A DNA stretch of 20,000 bases from IMG/VR virus record IMGVR_UViG_3300021400_000318. One strand, 5' to 3'. The position numbers and the translations under genes were made by a program. The DNA comes from an uncultured virus (IMG/VR IMGVR_UViG_3300021400_000318) (lineage: Duplodnaviria > Heunggongvirae > Uroviricota > Caudoviricetes). The number at the start of each line of letters is the position of its first letter. The first letter of the stretch is position 1. Below are positions 7,195 through 16,429 of the stretch, piece after piece. Below the pieces are notes generated by a model. That model was given only the letters and a program-made list of their open reading frames with translations. It ran no database searches and had not been told where the DNA came from.

Positions 7195-8529
7195 ATGAAA
7201 GCATCAATGTTTATTGAATGGATTAGTTCCATCTGGCCCAAACTGGGTCTCTATGTGAAGGAGAAGACTGCGCCTATCAAGCGCACCTATCTCCATAAAA
7301 CCATGCTTCGTAAGGTGTATTCTCCAGACCAGAAGTGGGAGGGCACCAGTGCCAAGACTACGTATGTAGCCGCTGACATGGTGGCAATGGATTCACCACT
7401 GCCCATCAAGAAGCGTGGAAGTATTGCTACCTCCAACGGTAAACTGCCGAAGGTAGGTATGAAGAAAATCATGCGTGAGACGGAGATTAACACCGTTAAC
7501 ATCATGAAGGCTCATTACGCAACAGCCACTACCGATGAGGCTAAGAAGGCTGAGAAGCGTCGCATCCTCCAGAGCCTCACCAACGATGGTGTGGCATGTT
7601 CTGTTGGTATTGACGAGAAGAACGAGGCTAACTTCCTTACTGGTCTCTCTGACGGTGTTGTTCTCGTTGAGGACGAAGAGAATACCGGCACAGGTCTGCG
7701 TGTTGACTACGGCTATCTGGATGAGAATACCTTTGGTACCATCGTCAAGGGCCACGTTAGCTACGAGGACTTCGAGAACGTCAAGAGGAAGGCTGATGCT
7801 GACGGCAACACTATCGTCAAGTTAATGGTTGCCACCTCCAAGCTGAACGAAATCCGCAAGGAGCGTTGGGCTCGCGAGTTGGTTGCTGATGCAGAGGATA
7901 AGGTTTACACCGACACAACCACGCTCAAAGTACCTTCCAAGAAGAAGTTTATCGCTGCTCTGGAGGATGAGTTTGACATCAAGGTTGAAGAGGTTGACCG
8001 CACCGTCATCTTCGAGAAGAACGGCAAGCAGAAGTCTGTCAAGCCTTGGAACGCAGAGCGTATCATCTTCCTGTGTAACGAGGAAGTTGGTTCTCTGGTT
8101 TATGGCACACTGGCTGAAGCTACCAATCCTGTTGAGGGCGTCAAGTATGCCACTGTTGATGAGTACAAACTTATCTCCAAGTACTCTAAGACCGACCCGC
8201 TGCAGGAGTTCACGAACGGCCAGGCTCTTGTCCTGCCTGTCATCGAGGACGTTGACCAGATTTACATCTTGGACTGCTCCGAGGATAAGTCTGCCGAGGT
8301 TGACACTACAGCCGAGGAAGCCGATACTGCTGATATTTACATCACCATCAACAACAAGAAGTACTCTAAGACCGAAGTTGCTGCACAGTTGACGGCTATG
8401 GGTTACAAGACCTCTGCAACCGCCAAGGATGAAACCATCATGAAGAAGTTTAACGCTCTGAGTGATGAGGAAGAGGAAACGTTCCTCGCTGCCGTGACAG
8501 AGATTACTGAGGGCGGTGGTGGCAATTAA
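7195..8529 (+). CDS. major capsid protein (lambda gpE-like) with C-terminal extension
   Basis: 444 aa, strong codon bias, VAADMVAMDSPLPIK, VDYG and LVLPV motifs resemble the major capsid E family; synteny. Confidence 0.85.
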   Translation: MKASMFIEWISSIWPKLGLYVKEKTAPIKRTYLHKTMLRKVYSPDQKWEGTSAKTTYVAADMVAMDSPLPIKKRGSIATSNGKLPKVGMKKIMRETEINTVNIMKAHYATATTDEAKKAEKRRILQSLTNDGVACSVGIDEKNEANFLTGLSDGVVLVEDEENTGTGLRVDYGYLDENTFGTIVKGHVSYEDFENVKRKADADGNTIVKLMVATSKLNEIRKERWARELVADAEDKVYTDTTTLKVPSKKKFIAALEDEFDIKVEEVDRTVIFEKNGKQKSVKPWNAERIIFLCNEEVGSLVYGTLAEATNPVEGVKYATVDEYKLISKYSKTDPLQEFTNGQALVLPVIEDVDQIYILDCSEDKSAEVDTTAEEADTADIYITINNKKYSKTEVAAQLTAMGYKTSATAKDETIMKKFNALSDEEEETFLAAVTEITEGGGGN

Positions 8530-8542
8530 ACTCTGATGTGAT

Positions 8543-8869
8543 ATGGGAAAGACAGTCAAACAGGCACTGATAGATGCCATCCACTACCCGATACCTGTTG
8601 GGTTCGTAGAGAACGCTATTATTGAGCGTCAGCTGAATGATGATGACGAATACACGTATGAAGTCTCTCAGTCCAAAGAGTTCAAAGGTGCTTTGGCTGA
8701 CTGTCTTTACTCTCTCCTGCAAGCCGTATCAGTCCATGAATCGGATAAGAGCGTAGGCACACTGACCGATAAGGACAAAGAGAGGCTTTTGGTTAGAATA
8801 AACGCACTTTATGAAGCCATCGGTGAGGACCATCCACTTGGTCAGCCGATGGTTTACATAGGAGGATAG
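8543..8869 (+). CDS. head-tail connector / adaptor protein
   Basis: 108 aa helical protein directly after the capsid gene. Confidence 0.6.
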   Translation: MGKTVKQALIDAIHYPIPVGFVENAIIERQLNDDDEYTYEVSQSKEFKGALADCLYSLLQAVSVHESDKSVGTLTDKDKERLLVRINALYEAIGEDHPLGQPMVYIGG

Positions 8870-8872
8870 GAA

Positions 8873-9217
8873 ATGGCTGTACTGGACTTTGCCGCTCACT
8901 ATCTCGGTTATCTGGATTCCCTTTCAGAGGGTTATACAGACAGAAAAACTGGTGATTACGTTGACGGAAAGGAGAAATGGATTGACGACTACTGTAGATG
9001 CGACATCGTACCTGCAGGACAGGCCAACCAGATTCCCATCCCAGACGGACAGGTAGAGACCTATTCGTACACCATCTACAACCTCCCTCGCTCATGCCGA
9101 GAGTTCAAGTACGGAGATAGAATCCGTGTCAAGATGTACGGCAATGACGATGATGTGCGTGAGTTCACTGTCAAAGGCTTCCATCGCTATCAAATGCAGT
9201 GTAAGATATGGGTATAA
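8873..9217 (+). CDS. head closure protein
   Basis: 114 aa, beta-rich, 'GDRIRV' pattern; synteny. Confidence 0.6.
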   Translation: MAVLDFAAHYLGYLDSLSEGYTDRKTGDYVDGKEKWIDDYCRCDIVPAGQANQIPIPDGQVETYSYTIYNLPRSCREFKYGDRIRVKMYGNDDDVREFTVKGFHRYQMQCKIWV

Positions 9218-9690
9218 GGATGACCACCTCCACCTCTGCCATTGACAGGCTGTTCAAGAAATCGTTTGAGATTATCAAGAACGAAATCTTCATGGCCTTC
9301 ACCAAACTCGGTGAGGAATGTGTGGTAAAAATCCGAGACCGCTCACAGGACGAAAGTTGGTATGACCACACGTCCAACCTGCGCTCTTCCATTGGCTACG
9401 CCATCTATGACTACGGAGTGAAACAGATTGAATCTGCCTTCAATGTTGTAGGAAGCGGCAGTCAAGGCTCCACGGAGGGAAAGCGCATGGTAGAGCAACT
9501 GGCAAGAGAATACACCAATACCTTTGCTCTGGTAGTGATAGCCGCCATGAACTATGCGGAATACGTTGAGGCCATCGAAGGCAAGGACGTTCTTGCATCC
9601 ACAGAACTCTGGGCCAAGGCAGATGTAGATAAACGCCTCCAGAGAGCCAAGGAATCAGCGATACGAAAAATCAATGCCATACAGATATGA
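9208..9690 (+). CDS. HK97 gp10-like tail completion protein
   Basis: DHTSNLRSSI and AAMNYAEYVE motifs; synteny. Confidence 0.75.
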   Translation: MGIRMTTSTSAIDRLFKKSFEIIKNEIFMAFTKLGEECVVKIRDRSQDESWYDHTSNLRSSIGYAIYDYGVKQIESAFNVVGSGSQGSTEGKRMVEQLAREYTNTFALVVIAAMNYAEYVEAIEGKDVLASTELWAKADVDKRLQRAKESAIRKINAIQI

Positions 9691-10097
9691 AATCCGATAT
9701 AGACATCAAAGATGACGTTTACAAGGTCATACTCGACAGCCCCCTTCATCAAGCCGTGACAGGAGAATTGAGCAAGCGCAAGAGACCGCATAACTCCAAG
9801 AAGGAGGATATTGTTATCTCTATCCTTGCCAATGAGACCAAGCAGGCTCAGATGGCCTACGTGAATGTCAACGTCTATGTAGCAGGAAAGAATGTCAAAG
9901 GACAGATCGAGGAAGATACAGTGAGGCTTCGTGCTCTCTGCCAACTCTCCTTTGAACTGTTCGAGAACGTCAAGGGCAATGATTTCCGGCTGACAATCTC
10001 AGACGGCAAGTATGAGTGTGGTCAGCGTGTCATCGAGACCGAGACAGGAGAGAATATCATTAATAACAAGCTATTGTATCAAATCATAAACGAATAG
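9687..10097 (+). CDS. tail terminator protein
   Basis: 136 aa, ATGA overlap with the upstream gene, immediately before the major tail gene. Confidence 0.6.
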   Translation: MKSDIDIKDDVYKVILDSPLHQAVTGELSKRKRPHNSKKEDIVISILANETKQAQMAYVNVNVYVAGKNVKGQIEEDTVRLRALCQLSFELFENVKGNDFRLTISDGKYECGQRVIETETGENIINNKLLYQIINE

Positions 10098-10101
10098 TAC
10101 A

Positions 10102-10776
10102 ATGAATAAGCCGATTGGTTGGGGTAAATGTTTTATCATCGTCAAAGACCTTGATGCTGTTGGAGCAAAGTGGATTCTGCTCCCCACCCCGAAAGAAGAT
10201 TCCACGCAGTTGACACCTACCAAGGGTGACAAGAAGGAAGCCACCATCGAAGGTGGTGAGAACGAGGACGTGAAGTACGGCAAGAACAAGTACGAACTCG
10301 CCTACACTATCCGCAGAAACACTGAGCGAAAGAAGCCATTCGCTGATGTTGATGGTGTTGTCGCTCACCGTTATGCTGTCTTTGTGCAGCCCGAGAACGT
10401 TAATGTTCCTGGTCCCCTGCTGATGAAGACTGTAGTATCTCTGGAAGACCCATTCGACACCACCGATGGCGGTCAGCTGACGTACACTCACGATGCACTG
10501 AAGCCCGAAAGCGGCAACACTGTTCAGTGGGCCAAGATTAACATCGACCTCTCTGCGTATGAGGAAGGTGCCGAGATTGCCGACAACGCCATCGTCTTTA
10601 CGGACGTTGACGCTGAATCAACCTCTGCAACATTCACAGCAGTTGATCCAGAAAGCACTGGATATTCCAGTAAGAATCCTTCTGCGGAAGGCTGGTATAT
10701 CAAGAACGGTACTCGCTACCTGTTGGCCGAGGACACCGCTGTTGTCGAAGGAACCACCTACTACACTCGTTCGTAG
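10102..10776 (+). CDS. major tail (tube) protein with short C-terminal appended domain
   Basis: 224 aa, beta-rich, strong codon bias, upstream of the chaperone and tape measure genes. Confidence 0.75.
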   Translation: MNKPIGWGKCFIIVKDLDAVGAKWILLPTPKEDSTQLTPTKGDKKEATIEGGENEDVKYGKNKYELAYTIRRNTERKKPFADVDGVVAHRYAVFVQPENVNVPGPLLMKTVVSLEDPFDTTDGGQLTYTHDALKPESGNTVQWAKINIDLSAYEEGAEIADNAIVFTDVDAESTSATFTAVDPESTGYSSKNPSAEGWYIKNGTRYLLAEDTAVVEGTTYYTRS

Positions 10777-10791
10777 TCTCTCCTATCCCTT

Positions 10792-10816
10792 TGCCGCCTT
10801 GGGTCAATAGGCGGCA
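10792..10816 (+). terminator. hairpin between the major tail gene and the tRNA
   Basis: TGCCGCCT / AGGCGGCA perfect 8-bp stem, 9-nt loop, no U-tract. Confidence 0.45.
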
Positions 10817-10819
10817 CAT

Positions 10820-10892
10820 GCTTTGATAGCTCAGTTGGTAGAGCATTAGATTTTTAATCTGAGGGTCACAGGTTCGAATCCTGTTCAAGGCA
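10820..10892 (+). tRNA. tRNA-Lys (anticodon UUU), no encoded CCA
   Basis: Full cloverleaf: acceptor GCTTTGA/TCAAGGC, D-arm GCTC-AGTTGGTA-GAGC, anticodon arm TTAGA-TTTTTAA-TCTGA, T-arm ACAGG-TTCGAAT-CCTGT, discriminator A. Confidence 0.95.
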
Positions 10893-10914
10893 CTTAAATC
10901 AAAATTGTCGCAGT

Positions 10915-11628
10915 ATGGATGATAGCATAAAGATAGTACAAGATATTGCCGATACCATCTTAGACCGCCCAAAAGGCTTCTCAGTGGGTCATCGGCATTT
11001 CTATTTATGGCCAGTCACTCTTGGCAAGATGTTCCTCACCCAGAGAATAGTGGAGCAGTTGGAGATAAACTCCCAGAACCTAAAGTTGAACCCATACGTT
11101 GAGGCCCTTCGTCTTGTAGAGACCAAGAAGGATGACTGTTGCCTGCTTCTCGCCTACCATACGCTAAAGACAAAGAAGGAGGTCAACAATACCACCACAG
11201 TAAAGGCAAGGACGAACATTCTGTCAAAGGAACTCGGCAATGATGACATAGCCACACTGCTCATCCTCTGTCTGACATGGGATAAGACAGCCACCTTCAT
11301 GCACCATACCAAGATTGACAAGGAACTGGAACGCATGAAGGAGGTCAGCAAGTGCAAGAAGAATAAGAACACCTTCCAGTTCGGAGGCGTGTCAATATAC
11401 GGCTCCATCATAGACCAAGCATGTGAACGCTACGGATGGACCTTCGATTACGTGGTATGGGAAATATCATTCATGAACCTGCAACTCATGTTGAAGGACA
11501 GCATCAAGTCAGTATATCTGACGGACGAAGAGGCCAAGAAGTGCCATGTGCCGATAGACGGACGCTCTGTTGACGGCAATGACGCAGAACTGATGAAGCA
11601 GGTTATCAGCGAAGGCAACTGGAACTAA
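10915..11628 (+). CDS. tail assembly chaperone
   Basis: Lies between the major tail and tape measure genes; C-terminal ACERYGWTFDYVVWEIS resembles gpT-like segments. Confidence 0.65.
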   Translation: MDDSIKIVQDIADTILDRPKGFSVGHRHFYLWPVTLGKMFLTQRIVEQLEINSQNLKLNPYVEALRLVETKKDDCCLLLAYHTLKTKKEVNNTTTVKARTNILSKELGNDDIATLLILCLTWDKTATFMHHTKIDKELERMKEVSKCKKNKNTFQFGGVSIYGSIIDQACERYGWTFDYVVWEISFMNLQLMLKDSIKSVYLTDEEAKKCHVPIDGRSVDGNDAELMKQVISEGNWN

Positions 11629-11744
11629 CAGCCACGCCCCACACACAAGAAAAGGTATCATCGCACAAGAAAGATATGAACAGGTTGGCGGGATTGCCGT
11701 GTGACAAAGATGACACGAAAAAAGGACGTGCGTGTGCGTGATGA

Positions 11745-11842
11745 TTCTCAGCGTTTCAGAGCCGCCTCCCTTGCAACTTATCCACCCCAGAGATAAAAAC
11801 GTCACAGCGAGGCTACAATGAAGTTCAAACGGAAAGCAACGA
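11745..11842 (+). repeat. dispersed degenerate element, copy before the tape measure gene
   Basis: TTCTCAGCGTTT...CCCTTGCAACTTATCCACCCCAGAGATAAAAACGTCACAGCG; related to 16963-17047, 5654-5700 and 3365-3410. Confidence 0.7.
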
Positions 11843-11866
11843 ATAACAATATAACATCATATATCA

Positions 11867-14800
11867 ATGGCAGGAATAAAATTCGACATTACTGGTGATA
11901 ACAGGAACGTTTTGCAGTCCTTCAATGAGGTGCAGAGCGGTGTAAAGCAGATGCAGCGGCAGGTTGAGGATAGCGGTGCGAGCATAGAGGATATGTTCAA
12001 GCGTATCGGTGCTGTTGCAGGTCTCACCTTTGCAGGAGTAAGTGCGAAGGAATTTGTTAGGAATGTGATGAACGTCCGAGGTGAGTTCCAGAAGTTAGAA
12101 GTTGCCTTCACCACCATGCTCCAGTCAGAGGAAAAGGCTGCATCGTTGATGAACCAGTTAGTAAAGACTGCCGCCATCACTCCCTTTGACTTGAAAGGTG
12201 TGGCAGACGGAGCGAAACAACTTCTTGCCTATGGTATAGCAGCCGATGAGGTGAATGATACTCTTGTTCACCTTGGAGATATTGCCGCAGGCCTCTCCAT
12301 CCCACTTGGTGACCTTGTGTATCTGTATGGTACCACGATGGTACAGGGCAGAATGTTCACACAGGACTTGCGCCAGTTCCAAGGCCGTGGTATTCCCATC
12401 GCTGATGAGTTGGCTAAGCAGTTCGGTGTTGCCAAGGATAAGGTAGGTGAACTTGTCACCGCAGGTAAGGTCGGTGCAGAGCAGGTTAAGAAGGCCATCA
12501 TGGATATGTCTTCCGAGGGAGGCAAGTTCGGTGGCCTTATGGAAGAGCAGGCTAAAACCATCAACGGCCAGATAAGTAATATCGAAGACGCCATAGATGT
12601 TATGTTCAACAATATCGGTAAGCAGAATGAGGGTATCATCAACACTGCACTATCTGGCGTATCGACACTGGTAGAGAACTATGAAGCTGTCGGTAAGGCT
12701 ATTGCCAGTGCTGTAGCGGTCTATGGTGTGTATAAGGCAGCGATAATGACCGTTACCGCCATACAGGCACTACAGACTGCCGGTATTTGTGCTCTTACTG
12801 CCGCAGAGACAGTCCACTACGGATGGCTAGTGCTCGTTGAGAAAGCCCAGAAACTCTTGAATGCTACCATGCTGTCGAATCCGTATGTTCTTGTGGCAAC
12901 AGCCATCGCAGGTGTTGTCGCTATTATGATGAACATGAAGTCTCAGCAGGATTTGGTAAATGATGCCGAGGAAGAGTACAACCGTAAGAAGGAAGAGGCT
13001 ATTGCCAAGGAGGAAGAGCATAAGCGCAAGATTGAGGAACTGCTGTCTATCGCAGGCGATGAGCAACTGTCAACAGAGAACAGAAGACTTGCCCTCGTTC
13101 GTCTTGAAATGCAATACCCTTCCATCTTCAAGAAGTATGATACCGAGGCAGAGAAACTGAAACATATTCTCGACATCAAGAATCAGATTGCCGAGATTGA
13201 CGGAAAGAACTCTGTCAAGAATAAGAGCAATGAACTTGATAGCGTCAATGCCAGAATCAAGGAGTTGCAGGCTATTCGTGTCAACCGCTTCCTGTCTCAG
13301 CACGGAGGCTATGTCACCTCTGGACGTAACAGGACTGACAAGGAGAATGCTGAACTGACAAACCTTCTTAGGAAGCGTGGAGAACTCCAGAACTCCATCA
13401 GTAAGGAGCAAGGCCAGTCTTACCTCGCCAACCTCACTGGAATCAGCAACGATGACCTCCAGAAGCAGATAAACGAGCGCAGGAACCTCCTTGCTAAGAT
13501 GCAGATAACCGAGAAGAAGTATGGCCGTGTTCAAGCAGGTGGAGCTAAGGGAATGTATTCCGCTGATGAGTTGCAAGGTCAGTTGCAGATTCTCGAAGCA
13601 GAGCAGAACAAGCGTAATGAGGCTAAGTACACTCCTGCACAGCAAAAGGCAATGGCCAAGAAGGCTCTTGATAAGGCTAATAAAGCCCTTGCTGACTTTG
13701 ATAAATCCACAACCAAGTACACCACAGCCGAGGCAGAGGAAGCACGTAAGAAACTTACCGATGCCGTTTCTGAGGCTGAGAAGGAATACAAGAAGTTCGG
13801 TGGCAAGACAGGCGGCAAGAAAACAGACCCTGCAAAGACATTGAAGCAGAAACAGCGGTACACCGATCTTGAAGCAGAACTTGAAAGGAAGGGCAGTCGT
13901 GATGCCATCAACCTTGAACACTCCACAAGGCAAGCCGAGATAGACGCTATGGAGGAAGGTTCCAAGAAAACCATCGCTCAGATACGTCTTGACTATGACA
14001 GGCGCAAGGAAGAGATTGACAGGGGCTATGAGGACTTGCGTATCAGAAAGATTGAGGATGCCAAGAAACTCTGGGAAGCCGATCCTGCCAACAAGGGTAA
14101 GGTGTTTGACGAAACCACCATTGACACCTCCTACACCGATGCAGAGCGCAAGAACTATGAGGCTCTGCTGAAGGCCAATGAGACAGAGCTTGCTCGCAGT
14201 CTGAAAGCCCAGGCTGATATGGAGATACAGGCCATCCGTGACTACTTGAAGGAGTATGGTACTTATCAACAACAGAAACTCGCCATCGCACAGGAGTATG
14301 CCGATAAGATTGCCAAAGCCCAGAGGGAAGGAAACACTACCGAGGTAAGGCGGCTTCGTGCTGAACAGATGGTAACGGAGGGCGATGCCAAAGCCAGAGA
14401 ACTTGCAGGAGGCATTGATTTCAGTACCGTTCTCACCAACGTAGGCAATGTTGCCAAGGCTCTTGCGGAAGAGACCTACAAGAGAGTACAGGACTACAAG
14501 GGTACTGATGAATACAAGAACAGCAGTGCCGAGAGCAAGAAGGCCATATCCGACCTGGAGGCACGTCTTATCGAGAACGGTGGCGCAGGTTCAGCCTCTC
14601 CACTCAGTGCAAAGACATGGAATGATGTCACAAAGTCCGCAGAACGTTATGACAAGGCTCTGAAAGAACTGCAGGAGAAAACCAAGGAGCACTCCCTTGC
14701 CGTTGAGGCTCGTAAGCAGGCTGAGGAACAGTTGGCCCTCACCGTTGAGGGAACGGAAGAGCATCTTGACGCTCTCAATGTTGTTGCAGAGGCCATCAAG

Positions 14801-16426
14801 GAAGAGAATGCCACTGGCGAAGCACAACAGCAGGCACAGGGTAATGTGCAGGCAGCAGCACAGGACGTACAGAACGCTTCCAACAGAGCCGCCAAGGGCT
14901 TGCAGGACTTCGAGAAGGTTCTTGGAAACATCACCTCTGGAACACTTTCTGGATTCGCCAATGGTGTTGCAGGAATCATCAGTTCTCTGGCAGGAAAGAC
15001 GGAGAAAGCCGCTGACGGCCTTGTAGGAGCCATAGGAGGAAAGACTGGTGGCCTTATCGGTGCCATACTGCAAATCATTGATGCACTTGGTGATGACCCT
15101 GCAGGATTCATCTCCAACATTCTTGACAAGGTAGCGAACGTGATTGATAAGATACTCAGTCAACTCCTTACTGATATAGTACCTGCCGTCTTGGAGGGTG
15201 TTGGAAAAATCCTCGCTTCCGTCCTTGATGGTGTGGCCAACCTGGTTACGTTCGGTCTCGCAGGAGATTTATTCGGTGGTCTCTTCGGAGGCAAGAGCCA
15301 TGAGGAAGAGTTCAAGGAGGATCTGGAGGACTGGAAATCGAAGATTGAGGCGAACACGTATGCCGTTGAGCAGCTGACTAAGAAGATGACCGATAAGACC
15401 AAATCTCCATCCGATGCGGCCAAAGAACGTGATGCCGCCCTCTCTGCCCTGTTAGGACAGATAGCATCGAACAGAGGTTCTGCAGACTTGATAGCAGGAG
15501 ATTCGTCTAAGGGTTATCACTCTTGGTACTACAAGCGAAATGATGCCGGTTTCGACTATAATCGCTTCAATAGCGTCCTGGCACAGCACGGCTCGAACGC
15601 AAGGGTTAACAGTGCGAGTGGTGTCATGGGGTTGTCAGCACAGGATATTCAAATCCTTCGCACCTATGCAGGACAGGCATGGGCAGACTACTTCGGTAAC
15701 GTTGACAGCGAGCGCAATCCTAACGAGATAAAGCAATATCTTGAGGCTATCGGTGACTTGGCAGAGAAGGATAAGGATATCATTTCCGAGTTCTATGCCA
15801 CTCTGACGAACATGACTTTTGATGACTTGCGTAGCAACTTCAAGAGTAAGATGATGGATATGAAGAGTGACGCCAAGACGTTCACTGATGACTTCGCAGA
15901 AATGATGACCAGTTCACTGATGGATGCCATGATGTCTACATCTGGACTGAACGAGGCTATCAAACAATGGCAGATAAAGTGGGGTAAGGCCCTTGAAGAT
16001 GATAACAGACTCAGTGACCAAGAACTGGAAGAGCTGCAGAGAGAGTACAATGACCTTGTTCAACGTAGTCTGGAGGTTCGTGATGAAGCCGCCAGAATGA
16101 CAGGATATAAGGACAATTACGAGCAGGAAGCATCCTCCAAGGGATACCAGGCCATGGGACAGGATTTGGGTGCAGAACTGAACGGACGCTTCACATACCT
16201 CCAGATAGCAGGAGAGAACATCAGTGCCCAGATGCTTGTTGTCGTGGCCACCCTCAATAGTATCGCATCCTTCAACCAGTCATCGAACACCGCTGTCGTA
16301 GAGATTCGTGATATGCTCATCTTCACCAACTCGTATCTGGAGGACATGGCAAGATATGCCAAGTTGCTCTACAGCGACTTTGGTGAGAAACTGGATGATA
16401 TAGTAAACAATACCAAAAAGTTATAA
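11867..16426 (+). CDS. tail tape measure protein
   Basis: 1519 aa, Ala/Lys/Glu-rich helical; N-terminal tape-measure motif TPFDLKGV...AKQLLAYG...LGDIAAG...QDLRQFQGRGIPI. Confidence 0.95.
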   Translation: MAGIKFDITGDNRNVLQSFNEVQSGVKQMQRQVEDSGASIEDMFKRIGAVAGLTFAGVSAKEFVRNVMNVRGEFQKLEVAFTTMLQSEEKAASLMNQLVKTAAITPFDLKGVADGAKQLLAYGIAADEVNDTLVHLGDIAAGLSIPLGDLVYLYGTTMVQGRMFTQDLRQFQGRGIPIADELAKQFGVAKDKVGELVTAGKVGAEQVKKAIMDMSSEGGKFGGLMEEQAKTINGQISNIEDAIDVMFNNIGKQNEGIINTALSGVSTLVENYEAVGKAIASAVAVYGVYKAAIMTVTAIQALQTAGICALTAAETVHYGWLVLVEKAQKLLNATMLSNPYVLVATAIAGVVAIMMNMKSQQDLVNDAEEEYNRKKEEAIAKEEEHKRKIEELLSIAGDEQLSTENRRLALVRLEMQYPSIFKKYDTEAEKLKHILDIKNQIAEIDGKNSVKNKSNELDSVNARIKELQAIRVNRFLSQHGGYVTSGRNRTDKENAELTNLLRKRGELQNSISKEQGQSYLANLTGISNDDLQKQINERRNLLAKMQITEKKYGRVQAGGAKGMYSADELQGQLQILEAEQNKRNEAKYTPAQQKAMAKKALDKANKALADFDKSTTKYTTAEAEEARKKLTDAVSEAEKEYKKFGGKTGGKKTDPAKTLKQKQRYTDLEAELERKGSRDAINLEHSTRQAEIDAMEEGSKKTIAQIRLDYDRRKEEIDRGYEDLRIRKIEDAKKLWEADPANKGKVFDETTIDTSYTDAERKNYEALLKANETELARSLKAQADMEIQAIRDYLKEYGTYQQQKLAIAQEYADKIAKAQREGNTTEVRRLRAEQMVTEGDAKARELAGGIDFSTVLTNVGNVAKALAEETYKRVQDYKGTDEYKNSSAESKKAISDLEARLIENGGAGSASPLSAKTWNDVTKSAERYDKALKELQEKTKEHSLAVEARKQAEEQLALTVEGTEEHLDALNVVAEAIKEENATGEAQQQAQGNVQAAAQDVQNASNRAAKGLQDFEKVLGNITSGTLSGFANGVAGIISSLAGKTEKAADGLVGAIGGKTGGLIGAILQIIDALGDDPAGFISNILDKVANVIDKILSQLLTDIVPAVLEGVGKILASVLDGVANLVTFGLAGDLFGGLFGGKSHEEEFKEDLEDWKSKIEANTYAVEQLTKKMTDKTKSPSDAAKERDAALSALLGQIASNRGSADLIAGDSSKGYHSWYYKRNDAGFDYNRFNSVLAQHGSNARVNSASGVMGLSAQDIQILRTYAGQAWADYFGNVDSERNPNEIKQYLEAIGDLAEKDKDIISEFYATLTNMTFDDLRSNFKSKMMDMKSDAKTFTDDFAEMMTSSLMDAMMSTSGLNEAIKQWQIKWGKALEDDNRLSDQELEELQREYNDLVQRSLEVRDEAARMTGYKDNYEQEASSKGYQAMGQDLGAELNGRFTYLQIAGENISAQMLVVVATLNSIASFNQSSNTAVVEIRDMLIFTNSYLEDMARYAKLLYSDFGEKLDDIVNNTKKL

Positions 16427-16429
16427 GAT

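Noticed and set aside
10820..10892. tRNA as a prophage attachment site
   Set aside because: Tail genes continue in normal order on both sides; no integrase or duplicated tRNA end in the window.
13070..14272. 400-aa minus-strand ORF, and other long antisense ORFs at 7822..8580, 14591..15163 and 18354..19076
   Set aside because: Shadows of strongly codon-biased + strand genes; Leu/Val-rich sequences with no motifs.
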